NCBI GenBank assembly: GCA_964187785.1
Contig: OZ076419.1
Span: 14,260,001-14,324,000 of the forward strand
Length of the DNA stretch: 64,000 nt
Source: Amphiscolops sp. MND2022
Lineage: Eukaryota
Direction: 5' to 3'
Shown here piece by piece: positions 53,476 to 64,000 of this stretch (the stretch's first letter is position 1; the number at the start of each line of letters is the position of its first letter). The notes below the pieces were generated by a model. The model was not told where the DNA came from, did no database searches, and saw only the letters and a program-made list of their open reading frames with translations. The position numbers were made by a program, and so were the translations under genes.

Positions 53476-53651
53476 GTTAGTTCTTTTCTGTTTTCCTTGT
53501 TTTCCCTTACGTGTTTTTTTCTCAACAAAACATGACCCATTTAACCTCAGTTAGCATTTTCTATCTCCGTTTTCCAATAATATTGTTGACGCTTTTTATG
53601 TAACGTGTTATTCTATTTTCATCATTCAATTTCATCAAGATGTTTGTTTAG
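53476..53651 (+). other. Predicted 176-nt GT-AG intron between helicase and GIY-YIG in E3
   Basis: GAC CA|gttagt ... pyrimidine-rich ... gtttag|A GAT GAA ACA. Splicing gives VFVGDQDETCRSTASIL in frame and removes an in-frame stop. Confidence 0.7.
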
Positions 53652-54040
53652 AGATGAAACATGTCGATCAACTGCCTCCATTCTGATGAAAACAAGTCAC
53701 AATGAATTGGAAGTCAACAATAGGCTTTTAATGCTTCGACGAAAGGGATCGTTTCCTGGAACCCAAGTCCATTGGCCACAATTGAATTATGTCCCTGTTA
53801 GAGTAACGATTCCCGAAGTTGTCAACGGATTCGTATACGTTCTTGTCAGTCTGAAAGACAAGTCTTTCAAAACTGTTTACGTTGGTCAAACCAAACGCAG
53901 TGTCCTTCTGAGGCTACAAGAACACAATTCTGGTCATGGCAGCTTTCACATTACCCGTCCACCGAAGACCCTGGTCTCTTGATGCTTTCGCCTACAGTTT
54001 CAACAATGATTCCGACAAACTTTTATTGATGCATGTGTAT
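53652..54040 (+). pseudogene. SLX1-like GIY-YIG endonuclease domain of E3
   Basis: GFVYVLVSLKDKSFKTVYVGQTKRSVLLRLQEHNSGHG, then after a frameshift RPWSLDAFAYSF. Confidence 0.88.
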
Positions 54041-54679
54041 TTTTAAACATTCGCTCTCATTTGTTTACATATTAATTCCACTTAAGGTATTTTACATAGA
54101 TGCGAGCGTGCGGGAGCTTTTGCGACCGCTTAGCGAGCCTAATGGTTCCTTTTTTCCGTTACCTTTCCACGGAATCCTTTCTGAAAAGTTAGTTACTTCG
54201 GTCCTTGGTTGATGAAAATGGACGCACTTGAAATACGGTTCATTTAATAGAATAGTCATTAGCAATACTTTGTTGCATCTGATGAAGTTCCATACCCTGT
54301 ATCGAGACTGCAATTTAGATACGATTACACATGATATTTGTAAAATTTTCTATACAATTACTGAAGCGTAGCTCCATCGAAGTGTTTTCATTGAACATTC
54401 CTAATCCCCTACTTTTTCATTCGTTTTCAATGAATATATTCCGACAACTTTCTTTTCGTAACATCAGCTTGTTTTCAATTCATAACGTTGCTTTGTTTTA
54501 AGAAAGATGACTTCTGGATACAAAAACAATCGACAAACCATTCGCAGATGTAGTGCTCAGTGTTGAGCAACGATTTGAGAGACATTTCTACAATGATATT
54601 ATAAGTGAAGGAGTGGAATTGCCGGCGAGATTTAAACTGAAATGTGTCTACATATATGCTACGACTAGCGTAAAAAAAT

Positions 54680-55351
54680 AAACTACTACAAACCAGCCAG
54701 AAATTCACTTAAGTCTAAAAATCAGGTAGTCAATGCGTATGATCGATTCATCGTCCTTGGAGTTGAGCGCTCCAATCATGTCCTTCTAACTTACACGCAG
54801 ACCGCTCAGGAAAACAGACGGATTTTATGCAATAGTCAGAATATAGAACCCGGTACCCTTGTCTGGGTACTTTGTCCGAAGGTTATCTCATAGGTACTCA
54901 AAATCCGTTAGTCCGAATTGGAGACCCTCTCATTCCAACCTACCGCAGAATCATTCACAAAGCACCTCCTGTGGATGTTAATCTGCCAAGTTACCTTTTC
55001 TTTGATTTTGTCCCAACAAATTTCAGAATCATACAGGCCGTACCCAAAGACAACGTATGCAGTGGAAAACTCTGTGATGCCCAAGGGACAAATCCTTGTC
55101 CGTGCATCGTCGCGGAAAGTGAAAAACATTGGGCAATAACATTCTGGCTGACCTGCAATGAGCTGAGTGAGCGGGTGACTGGAGAAAAATGCATGGAAAT
55201 AACTTCCAAGTCAATGACGAAAAAGTTTGTTCATACTAACAAACGCACATTCGCGTATGACATTTCAAATGCTATTAGCGTGCTGCCCCTAACCGCTGAA
55301 CAGGAAAGAATGATGTACGGCCAGCTTAACAATGACAATGGTAACAATTAA
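54680..55351 (+). pseudogene. Frameshifted ORF with a four-Cys cluster (CSGKLCDAQGTNPCPC); function unknown
   Basis: YYKPARNSLKSKNQVVNAYDRFIVLG...EPGTLVWVLCPKV, then a frameshift near 54885 into the 159-aa ORF. GC content is higher than the flanks. Confidence 0.5.
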
Positions 55352-58300
55352 TGTCTACAAAAACAAACGTGCGGTTCTACAGCATTTTCCTGAACTCAGT
55401 AGTCCTATGTGGGCATCTTTGCTCTACCCGTAGTGGGCTGAAACTTCACCTTAAACATTGAAGTTAATTTCATGCAACTTCATTTGATTTAATTAGTGAT
55501 TGATCTGATTCTTCGGCATTATTATGAAGTTGTTGCGTATAGCAGTTCTATGTAAATAAGCCGATTTCAATTTATTACATTGTGTTCATCTGAATTTTGA
55601 AATTTGATTCCTTATTGATAGAATTGAAATATTCCTTTATCGACTCCTACATGAAACTTTTAGATTTTGTCATTGTGTTAACAGCCGTGATACTGTTTTA
55701 TGGCCACATTTGTTTGATTTGTTGAATGTTTAGTAGTAATAAAACTTACTGAGTTCTATCCGAATAGTTCTTGAGTATTATGTTACTTTCTCCTAGTCAA
55801 TGAATACTTTGTGTTCCCAAATATTTCGAATTGAATATTTTTGTCAACCTTTTTAGTAACAGTTTCAAGCGTCTGGATTAACAAGTAGCATTTGATCCTG
55901 TTAACTTAATCAGTTGATTGAGCGTTTAGTGAACATCGGACAATAAATACTTTTAATCACCGTTTTTTTCAACAAGAAAACATAACTCTATCTCGGAATC
56001 AGATCATTTTCTTCTAAACGTTTACTTAAAAACTGAGAACTGTTGTCAGTTGCGTTCTTTCCACGTCGCTCTGGTAATCTATACTAGCCTCTACTGTTTT
56101 GAAGATTCGGTTTCTAGCTAAATGTTACATTAGCATAATCTTTATCAGCTACGTTCTATATTATGTTACTCTGTAGAGGCAATTCTCAGAAGCTCCTGCT
56201 CAGTGACTGTCATTCTATGGTTAGTTATCCGCTTACTATTAAACTAAACGAAACAAAATTACTTACGTTTTAGCTTCCATTAACTTCAAGTTGAATAATT
56301 AATCATTCTGTCATGTTATGCAGAGACAATTCTCGATTCTAATGCTACTGTTGGTCTTCAACAACGCAATATAGGAATTATTATTTTTTAAATTTCTTCT
56401 TTCCCTTGTTGAATTCTTTTCATAATAGTTATTCACGTTATCTCCATCTTGTTTAACATTTCTCATTAAAAGGTTTTTAATGTCTCACTTTTCACTTACC
56501 TCGTCGCTTGTTCTTTATCCCATTTTGTGAGCATTATTGACTGATTTCTATGATGTTTCAGTTCACACAAAAAATGTTCTGAGATCTCCATTTTCCTATC
56601 CTCCCTTTCACCCTTATTTTTCTCTTCATTTATCTATGCCAATAATCAATCATCCCTTTTCATTTTGTCATTTTTGTATTTAGTTACAATTGTTGTGTCT
56701 CGTAATTACCTTCAATTTTTTCCCTTTCCGGTTTTCTAGTGATTCGTGGGGAGCTGCCATCGCTAGCTGGCACAGCCTTGTATTCTACCATCTATGCCAC
56801 CGATCCCTGGAACCAATATGATTTCAGTACTTTATACTCTTTCACTGCTCAACAGATTGCGTTAATTGAATCAGTATATAGTGGGGGAATCAATACAAAA
56901 GATCCCAACCTAAATTATACTTTGAACATCACAAACAGACCATTATTCTTTATTAGCCATAAAAAAAACTGCAACTCAAAGTCCACTGGGCTAAGTTTTT
57001 GGTGGTTATCGCCTATGACACGTTCAATATGATTGAAAATTCTCGGATTTAAATGGCTGACGATATGTTAAATTGAACTGCTCTGATCAAATCTTTACTG
57101 ATAGCACGAATTTAGGTAAAGCAGTGATGACCTTTTGCAATCTCATTTGAATACAAGCGAAGATCTCAGTGAACAGAATTAATTGAGACTCGTCTCTCTA
57201 TGTCAATAATAGATTCTGTCCTTGCCTGAGTCAGACAAGCTGCTAAGATATTCAGCAAAATTAAAAGATCATTTGTCACGATTGCTGGTTGGAAAAGTTA
57301 CCGGTGAGAATAAGCAGATATAAAAACAATTCCGTGACAGATGAGCGAACAGCGCCCCTGAAAATGTCGAAAAGATTTTTTGAACGTTTTAATAATAAAA
57401 CCTATGTTTGAAAACCCGAGAAATTATGAAAATTTATACGAACTTCACATCAAGTAGTTAGGGACAAAACCGGAAAAAACCGTCGCAAATTGGCAAACAA
57501 TTTCATCAAATTTGGACACAAAAAAATGAAGGAGCCGAGCAACAATCGAATGGAAAAGATGAAGAAACATACAGACTCTGAGTTGCAGATAAAAGTGCGA
57601 AAATGATAGAAAAAGCGCAATAACGAAGGGGAGATTGAAGATAACGACAACTTTGTAAGCTGAGCTCTCGATCGGATTGTGGGATAAAACGAATCTGATG
57701 AAGAGTACTCAGAATATCCGCAATTGAAACTCAACAAACCTCTTTCCAATTATGAAAAATGAAAGTCCCACTAAAACGGGTTCCTATCTTTCGAGGAGGG
57801 CAACAAACACAGATTAGAGGGCACAATAATCATTAATTATTGGCCGCCAGAGGGTTACCACTATCATCTCAAAACAGAAAATAAACCATCCGCCCAAATA
57901 CACCATCTACAGAAACATCCGAGCCTCCAAATCTTGAGAAAAGTCTACCTCATAGTACATCAATTCAACAACAAAATTCACGGTTGTTGAAATCGCTCCA
58001 CAGTTTCATTAAATCGGAGTTGAACAAAATCGAACTTGACTCGTGGATTTCTTACACTCTGATTGGTCAAGACTTTTCACGATCAGTGTAAAATCTAGAT
58101 AGAAATTAGCAGATAGAAATTTAACCAATTACAGCTCGATGGATTACAGCTCCCAAATAACATAAGAGCAAATAACCTAAAATCGAAATTAGCTTCTTCA
58201 AATAACAAAAATGAAATGAATTTCACTAAAGATGAAAATAAAATTGTTTTGTTTAAGAGAAACTCTTAGTGGTCAAAGGCATTCACAATTCAAAAGATTC

Positions 58301-58954
58301 ATTGAAAAAAATATCAAAATTACAGATAAAATTTCGTGAGTTCGATTGTTTAACTGGGTCTTCGGTTTTATTTTTATGTTATATGAAACTAAATTCATTT
58401 TTTGTTTCATCGGACTAATTTCGTTGTTACTTGCTCTTCTTATTTGGTACGTAATCCAGCTCGATATCTAATTCGTTCACTTGAGAGTTCAGCATTTCAA
58501 GGTCACACAGCAGGCGTTCACTCGTGCATGAGTCATCTGGGCCGACTGAAACAGACAATCGACTTTTTAAGCTCAAAACTCAGACAAACTGTAGCTATTC
58601 ACAACTTTTGAATACATTCGTGGCTATAATAGAGCTTGGACAAGTTAAACTTTTAGCCTATTCGATGATTGATCATTTAAAACGATCGGTTAATCGGTTA
58701 ACCGGCATCGCATTGGTTCATCAAAGAAAACTAATTGAGCGAAATTTGTATGCGATTCATCATTTTAAAGTGAAATCAAATCGGCCAAAACTTGACCAAA
58801 AATAACAAAAAAACTTCCAAAATTCTGTCTGAACCAGTGTGATAGCCTTTATTAGTTGTTCAGTTTGATCTCTAGACCATTGTAGAGAGTATCCGTTCAT
58901 CAATTGGGCTCGGGTCGAACAGTCAACTACTGTTTGCTTCACTGGAAATGTTTG

Positions 58955-61150
58955 GGGCTCGAGAGCTTTGCGAGGTGCCCATATGGTGACGTTATTTTTT
59001 CGCAGATTTCGTGACAAGTGCCAACTTTTCAAATTTGTGAGGCAAATTTCTCAAACCCGAGAATAGATATGCATACCATGATTTCACTAAAAGTTGCGCA
59101 AGATCCTAGGCTACATTCTTGCCGAAAATAATTTTTTGAAAAAAAATTCGGCTTCATGGGTTTTTTGAAAAGAATTTTGAAAAAACACTAGTTTTTACTG
59201 TTTTTTATCTTCGATCACATGTATCTCAGAACTGAGACTGAATATAGGGCCCGTGGTTTCGTAACTTGTACAAGCGTTTCATAGGCTATATTCTGGACTA
59301 AAAATGACGTCAAATATTTTTCATATTTAGTTTTTTTCGGGCAAAAAAGATGAAAAAAATAACGAAAAATTTTTTCTCATTCGAAGCTCATATTTCTCAA
59401 AACTGGTAAAAGATACAGAAACCATTCTCATTCGAGATCAGCATGGATATAGTCTACTTTTTTGGATCAACAAAGTTTCCGTCATCAAGTATAACCCCTT
59501 CGTTTTTCTGCAAAAAATACTTGAATTTTTTAAAAAATTTCTTGGTCTATTTTTACTTGAGCTCCTATATCTCATGACCGAGACCAAACATGGGGTTCAT
59601 GGTTTCGTTAATTTTACGAGGCTAATGTAGGCTACCTATTAGGCTAAAATGACGTCGAAATTTTTTTGCGCTCTGGATATTTTTGAGCAAATGAAGTAAT
59701 GAAAAAAATTTTGTGAATTTTTTCCATCTTTTTCCAAATTGTAGCTGATTTTTCTCAGAACTGAAAATGCATACGAAAACCATTCTCCCTCAAAAAGTGA
59801 GGCAAGGATGTGGGCTACTTTTTGTGTCATCAAAGTTTCCGTCATGAAGTGTGACGCCTTCAGACTTCTGCTAAAAATACACTTTTCTCGAAAACAATTT
59901 ATTCAATTTTTTAGTTCATCAAAATTCCCTGATCTGGAACTAGATACTTTCATTAGGTTTTGGGCCCCGGGATTTACTCGAATTGTAGCACCTTCTTCAG
60001 ACCATTGAACGTTTCGGCTCGAGCCCAAGCGCGACATGCCGTCAACCCTATGTTTTTTTTCACAGATTTCGTGACATGTGCCAATTTTTCAAACTTGTGA
60101 GACAAATTTCTCAGAACCCAGAATAGTCACGGACACCGTGTTTTCGCTAAAAGTTGCGCAAGATCCTAGGCTACATTTTTGCCGAAAAACCATTCGGAAA
60201 AAATTTCGGCCTCATGGGTTTTTTTGAAAAGAATTCTTGAAAAAACGCGATTTTCAAGTATTTTTCATCTTTGATCCCCAATATCTAGAACTGAAACTGA
60301 ATACAGGGTCCATGGTTTCGTACATTGTACAAGCGTTTCATAGGCTACATTTTGGCCTAAAATTGACGTCAAAAAAAGTTTTTTATACTTGGCTTCTTTG
60401 GGCAAAAAAGAGATGGAAAAAATGTCGACAAATTTTATTCTCATTCATAGCTCATATTTCTGAATGCTGATAAATAAGCTTCCAATGAGAAAAAAAGATA
60501 CAGAATCCATTCTTTTGAGAAAAAACAGCATGGATGTAGGCTACCTTTTGGACCAACAAAGTTTCCGTCATCAAGTAAGGCGCTTTCGTTTTTCTGCCAA
60601 AATTACTTGATTTTTTTGAAAAATTTCTTGGTTCCTTTTTACTTGAGCTCATTTATCTCATGACCGAGACCAAATATAGGGTTCATGGTTTCGGTAATAT
60701 TACGAGGCTCATGTAGGCTACCTTTTAGGCTAAAAAGTACGACGAAATTTTTCTCGCTCTGGATTTTGTGGGCAAATGAAGTAATGAAAAAAAATTGTGA
60801 ATTTTTTCCATCTTTTTCCAACTTGCAGCTGATTTTTCTCATAACTGAAAATGCATACGAAAACCATTCTCCCTCAAAAAGTGAGGCAAGGATGTGAGCT
60901 ACTTTTTGTACTATCAAAGTTTCCGTCATGAGGTATGACCCCTTCGGGTTTCTGCCACAAATACATTTTTTCGTTTTTTTCAAAAAATTTTTTCTTGATC
61001 TTTTCAGTTTTTCCATTAAAATATCCTGACCTGAAACTAGATAAGTTCACAAGGTTGTTGGCCCTGGAGTATAAAGAATTTGTAGCACCTTCTTCAGACC
61101 ATTGAACGTTTCTGCTCGAGCCCAAGCGCGACAGGCCGTCGCGCCTATGT
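58955..61150. repeat. Diverged tandem repeat: two units of about 1.06-1.10 kb built from sub-repeats of about 170-345 bp
   Basis: cagatttcgtgaca at 59003 and 60063; aaagttgcgcaagatcctaggctacatt in both units; tgtagcaccttcttcagaccattgaacgtttc near 59984 and 61081; internal repeats such as catggtttcgt...taggcta and aaagtttccgtcat. Confidence 0.85.
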
Positions 61151-61610
61151 TTTTATTTGATGAGGAAAGCCGCTTAATCATTTGACCGTTTAACAGGTCC
61201 AAGCTCTGGGGTGAAAAGAGTTGAACAAAAACAATTTGCTACTGGTTATGCTCTTTTGTAGAGATATCTGAAGTTTCGAAAAAGTGTCTATATTGGCCAG
61301 AAAGTGCCGAAAAGTATTGAAATTTTTAACGTTTGAACTTTTTGTGTAAAATTTGCTCAGCGGGACTCTACTTTAAAATTCAGTTTCGGCGACTGGAAAA
61401 AATGTCGAAAAATTAAAAGTTCATCAATCATTTCCACAAATTTTACATAAAAATTACATCCGGTTTATAGCTCACTTTCAGTATTCAACTCTCTTGTGGA
61501 ACATATTCCTTTCAGTCAAAAACATCCATTTAACTTAACGGTTTCCCATTCCTATTTTCTCACTTCAAGAGTTTTCTTTTCAACCCATTGTTTTTACAAT
61601 GGTTATTAAG

Positions 61611-61972
61611 ATCAGAGTTTTGACAAATTAGCTGCCGCGCAGAGGTTCTTCAGCGATTTTATTAGCGATTCAAATTAGCGGCAACTAATAAATTTGTCGA
61701 AATTGGAAAAATTCTTCTGAATATACACGGAGTTTCAACATGAAATTCCAAACATTCCAATTCTTACCCTTGTAAAACCCACACAGTGTGAAAAATTTTA
61801 GTGCTTTTTCTCGACAAAAACTGAATTAAGTTATCGTTGAATTTCGAAACATACTTGAAGTTATTCGAAACATTCAATATTTTGCAGAAAGAAACGCTTT
61901 TCAGCGAAATAGCTATTTTGAAATTAGCGGTTAACGATCAGCGAAAAATATTAGCGATGTCAAAACCCTGAT
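61611..61972. mobile_element. MITE-like element, about 360 bp, with 15-bp terminal inverted repeats
   Basis: atcagagttttgaca (61611-61625) vs tgtcaaaaccctgat (61958-61972), 14 of 15 complementary; subterminal (tt/c)agcg repeats at both ends; no clean target-site duplication. Confidence 0.55.
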
Positions 61973-62671
61973 TGATTAACATGTACACAATTCAGTGTTT
62001 ATAAATAGGCCCCTCCGGCGCACACTATTTCTGCTTTAATCTTTCATTAATAATAGAATCATATCTGGAATACAAATACAATCCTGTTTAATCATTTAGC
62101 GCATAATTAACCACTGTACCAGTTTATACCGCCTTTAAATCTGTTCGGACTAAAGCAAATATAACTACTAAGCGTAGACGAAGTTTTGCATTCGCATTTG
62201 AATGTAGGCGAAGCTCTCGACGAACGAATAATTCACACTCATTCGCTTCATCTCAATAACTCGGCGCACTAAAGCATAATTACGAACATTCCCTCGCTTC
62301 ACCTCAATGACGTCAGCGTACGAATGCACAAATACCACTGGCTCGTTCCATCGCACGAGAATTGAATTGTCGTCGGCAGCTTGAGAAATTTAATTCTCAC
62401 GCTTAAAGTCACTGCCGAACAAATATCTGAATTATTCAGTATCGTGCGAATAATTTTACTGAAAAAAAAGGTAGACATCTTAAGGTTTCAATAATATTCC
62501 TGCTACCGCAGAAATAATAAAAAGCGAACTATTACAAAACGATTAGAAAAGATTTTGGAACCTACGTGCTGAGTCTCCTACGAAGAAAGGCTGTCGAAAG
62601 AGAATTTTAAACTCAAAATGTCATCTTTGTTTGAATTGAATTGAATTGAGAAGTTGTGAGGGGAGACTAAC

Positions 62672-62843
62672 TTCAGTCCAAGTGTCCTGGTAGGGGTCGT
62701 ATTCCTCGGTGATGGAGAGTGGTTTGTGTCCGTCGTGGCCCCCCAGACAGTAGATGCGGTTGCCCAGCACCCCCACACACGCACTGTCCCGCCCCACGCC
62801 CAGACACGAAATGTACGTCCACACGTTCTCTTTGCAGTCGTAT
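62672..62843 (-). CDS. Internal exon of a host kelch-repeat (KLHL-like) gene
   Basis: Minus strand: tttttag|A TAC GAC TGC...ACT GAA|gttagt. Translates YDCKENVWTYISCLGVGRDSACVGVLGNRIYCLGGHDGHKPLSITEEYDPYQDTWTE, a complete kelch repeat (GG, Y, W). GC-rich relative to flanks. Confidence 0.88.
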
Positions 62844-63639
62844 CTAAAAACAGCACAAAACGAATGAGCAGGAAAGGACAAAAAAAGATGTAAAAGAAAC
62901 CACAAGTTAGTAGAAGCCAGCACCGATGGGGTCATCTTAGTGGGGGCTTGTTTGTCAAAGATAAAACATGGATCGAATCGAAGGATCGGATCAAAATGAT
63001 GACACACGAATAGAATAGCGAGATTTAAAGAGGAGTTCATTGGGTTTTTTTTAGTTTTGCCAATTTGTTTTTCGAAACGTTCTGAAAACCACTTTTTTGG
63101 AAATTTCTGACTGTTTTCGACAGTTATGTCAAGTTTTGAATTGTTTACATTTAACGCAACTTATATGATACATTGTTGTAGCTCTGAGTTTTTTGTACTC
63201 GATTAAAAAGTCTAGGCGAACTGCTCAGATATAATATGCACGTTGTTAGGCCGCGTTTTGAAAGATTGAGTTCGAATACCTCAGCTCTAATCTTTGCTCT
63301 AATGTCTGGACAGTTTGTCTACTGCGTTGCTATATCAAGTTAAGCCTTATGTTGATGTATACCAGCTATACCCTCTGTCGATACACGGGACAAGATACCA
63401 TCTTCCATTAGCTGTAAAACTTTCTCCACGTTTTGAACTTGACTATGGAAATAGGTCAGTATTAGTTGAAATTACAGTTATCACAAGTTTTTAAGAAATT
63501 GTTGGATTTAAATACAAACAAACCGGGAACGGCACAAGTCGGCCCAATATCTAAGGCTCAAAAATAGCAAAAGGACTTCAAATTGTCAAGTATTCTCTTT
63601 TAAAGTACCTGAAAAAGCAAAAGTTGGACCGAATTGGCG

Positions 63640-64000
63640 CGCCGGGGACCCGATAGCGTGGACCCCTGGCTCGCTAAAAGGGGGACCCTTTTGGATTTTT
63701 CAACCCCCATTCTGTCGCAAATCATCATCAAAATTGAAGGGGGACCCTTGGACGACAAAGAAATTTGGAAAAGTCCCACAATGCCGAGAAAAAACTGAAA
63801 GGGGAACAGACCCCTTTGGGATTTTTCAATACCCATTCTACCGCAAAATATCAAAATAATTAAAGGGGGAACCTTTGAAGAAAAAATTCGGAAAAAAGTC
63901 TCATAATTCCTAAACAAAACGGAAAGGGGGACCCTTTAGTCTTGGTATTGATGTTACGCGGAAAAAAGGAACAACCTTTTTGATTCAGTTCCCTGGGCCA
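63640..64000. repeat. Degenerate repeat with recurring aaaggggg(a)ccc motifs, truncated by window end
   Basis: ggggaccc, aaaagggggaccc, gggggaccc, aaagggggaacc and aaagggggaccc recur at irregular spacing. Confidence 0.55.

Larger units (their letters stand above)
46969..54060 (+). mobile_element. E3: third diverged Rep-helicase-GIY-YIG element (best-preserved motifs, still frameshifted)
   Basis: ATG 46981; CYDCLRN; WKFAWPAVLST; CPAGCS...HCDSLAPL; zinc finger CKNKTA*RCPKDTCSSSLCNRQ (about 49215-49280, off-frame from the 486-aa ORF); Rep, helicase and GIY-YIG follow in order. Confidence 0.9.

Noticed and set aside
53652-54040. GIY-YIG from an inserted Penelope-like retroelement
   Set aside because: I found no reverse-transcriptase motifs nearby, and the domain holds the same fused position in three diverged elements.
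1634-54060. Prokaryotic or plasmid relaxase-helicase (TraI-like) or phage origin
   Set aside because: The helicase motifs are PIF1-type, a GT-AG intron is predicted within E3, and a spliced kelch exon lies nearby.
56739-57032. 97-aa ORF preceded by a pyrimidine tract and AG, as a host exon
   Set aside because: No recognisable domain or partner exon; cannot be supported without a search.
59639-61125. ORFs within the 1.1-kb tandem repeat
   Set aside because: Low-complexity products of repeat sequence, open on both strands and not conserved between units.
62168-62389. Next exon of the kelch gene
   Set aside because: Neither the listed ORF nor the phase-0 reading after the nearest acceptor (LPTTIQFSCDG...) shows kelch motifs.

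Overview
AT-rich eukaryotic DNA, probably animal (inferred from GT-AG introns and one kelch-repeat exon; the species cannot be determined). About 55 kb is a same-strand (+) cluster of decayed rolling-circle (Helitron-like) elements. Three strongly diverged relatives are present: E1 in two copies (about 1.6-12.4 kb and 31.4-42.2 kb), E2 (about 20.3-28.5 kb) and E3 (about 47.0-54.1 kb). Each is a frameshifted remnant of one polyprotein of roughly 2,300 aa with the same order: Cys-rich N-terminus, CP-type zinc finger, acidic linker, Y2 HUH Rep, PIF1-family helicase, SLX1-like GIY-YIG nuclease. Two different SGNH/GDSL-hydrolase pseudogenes and one Cys-rich ORF lie between the elements. Overlaid rearrangements are a near-identical direct duplication of at least 16.5 kb (1-16544 vs 29810-46352, offset about 29.8 kb), a 1.93-kb tandem triplication bounded by GAATTCCA, an old internal duplication of the Rep core in E2, and four spaced 34-35 bp repeats just before E3. 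The last 9 kb look like host DNA: a 1.1-kb-period tandem repeat, a MITE-like element and a kelch exon. No element copy is intact, and I could not identify element termini. Domain calls come from motifs read by eye; no searches were run. Domain boundaries are approximate.
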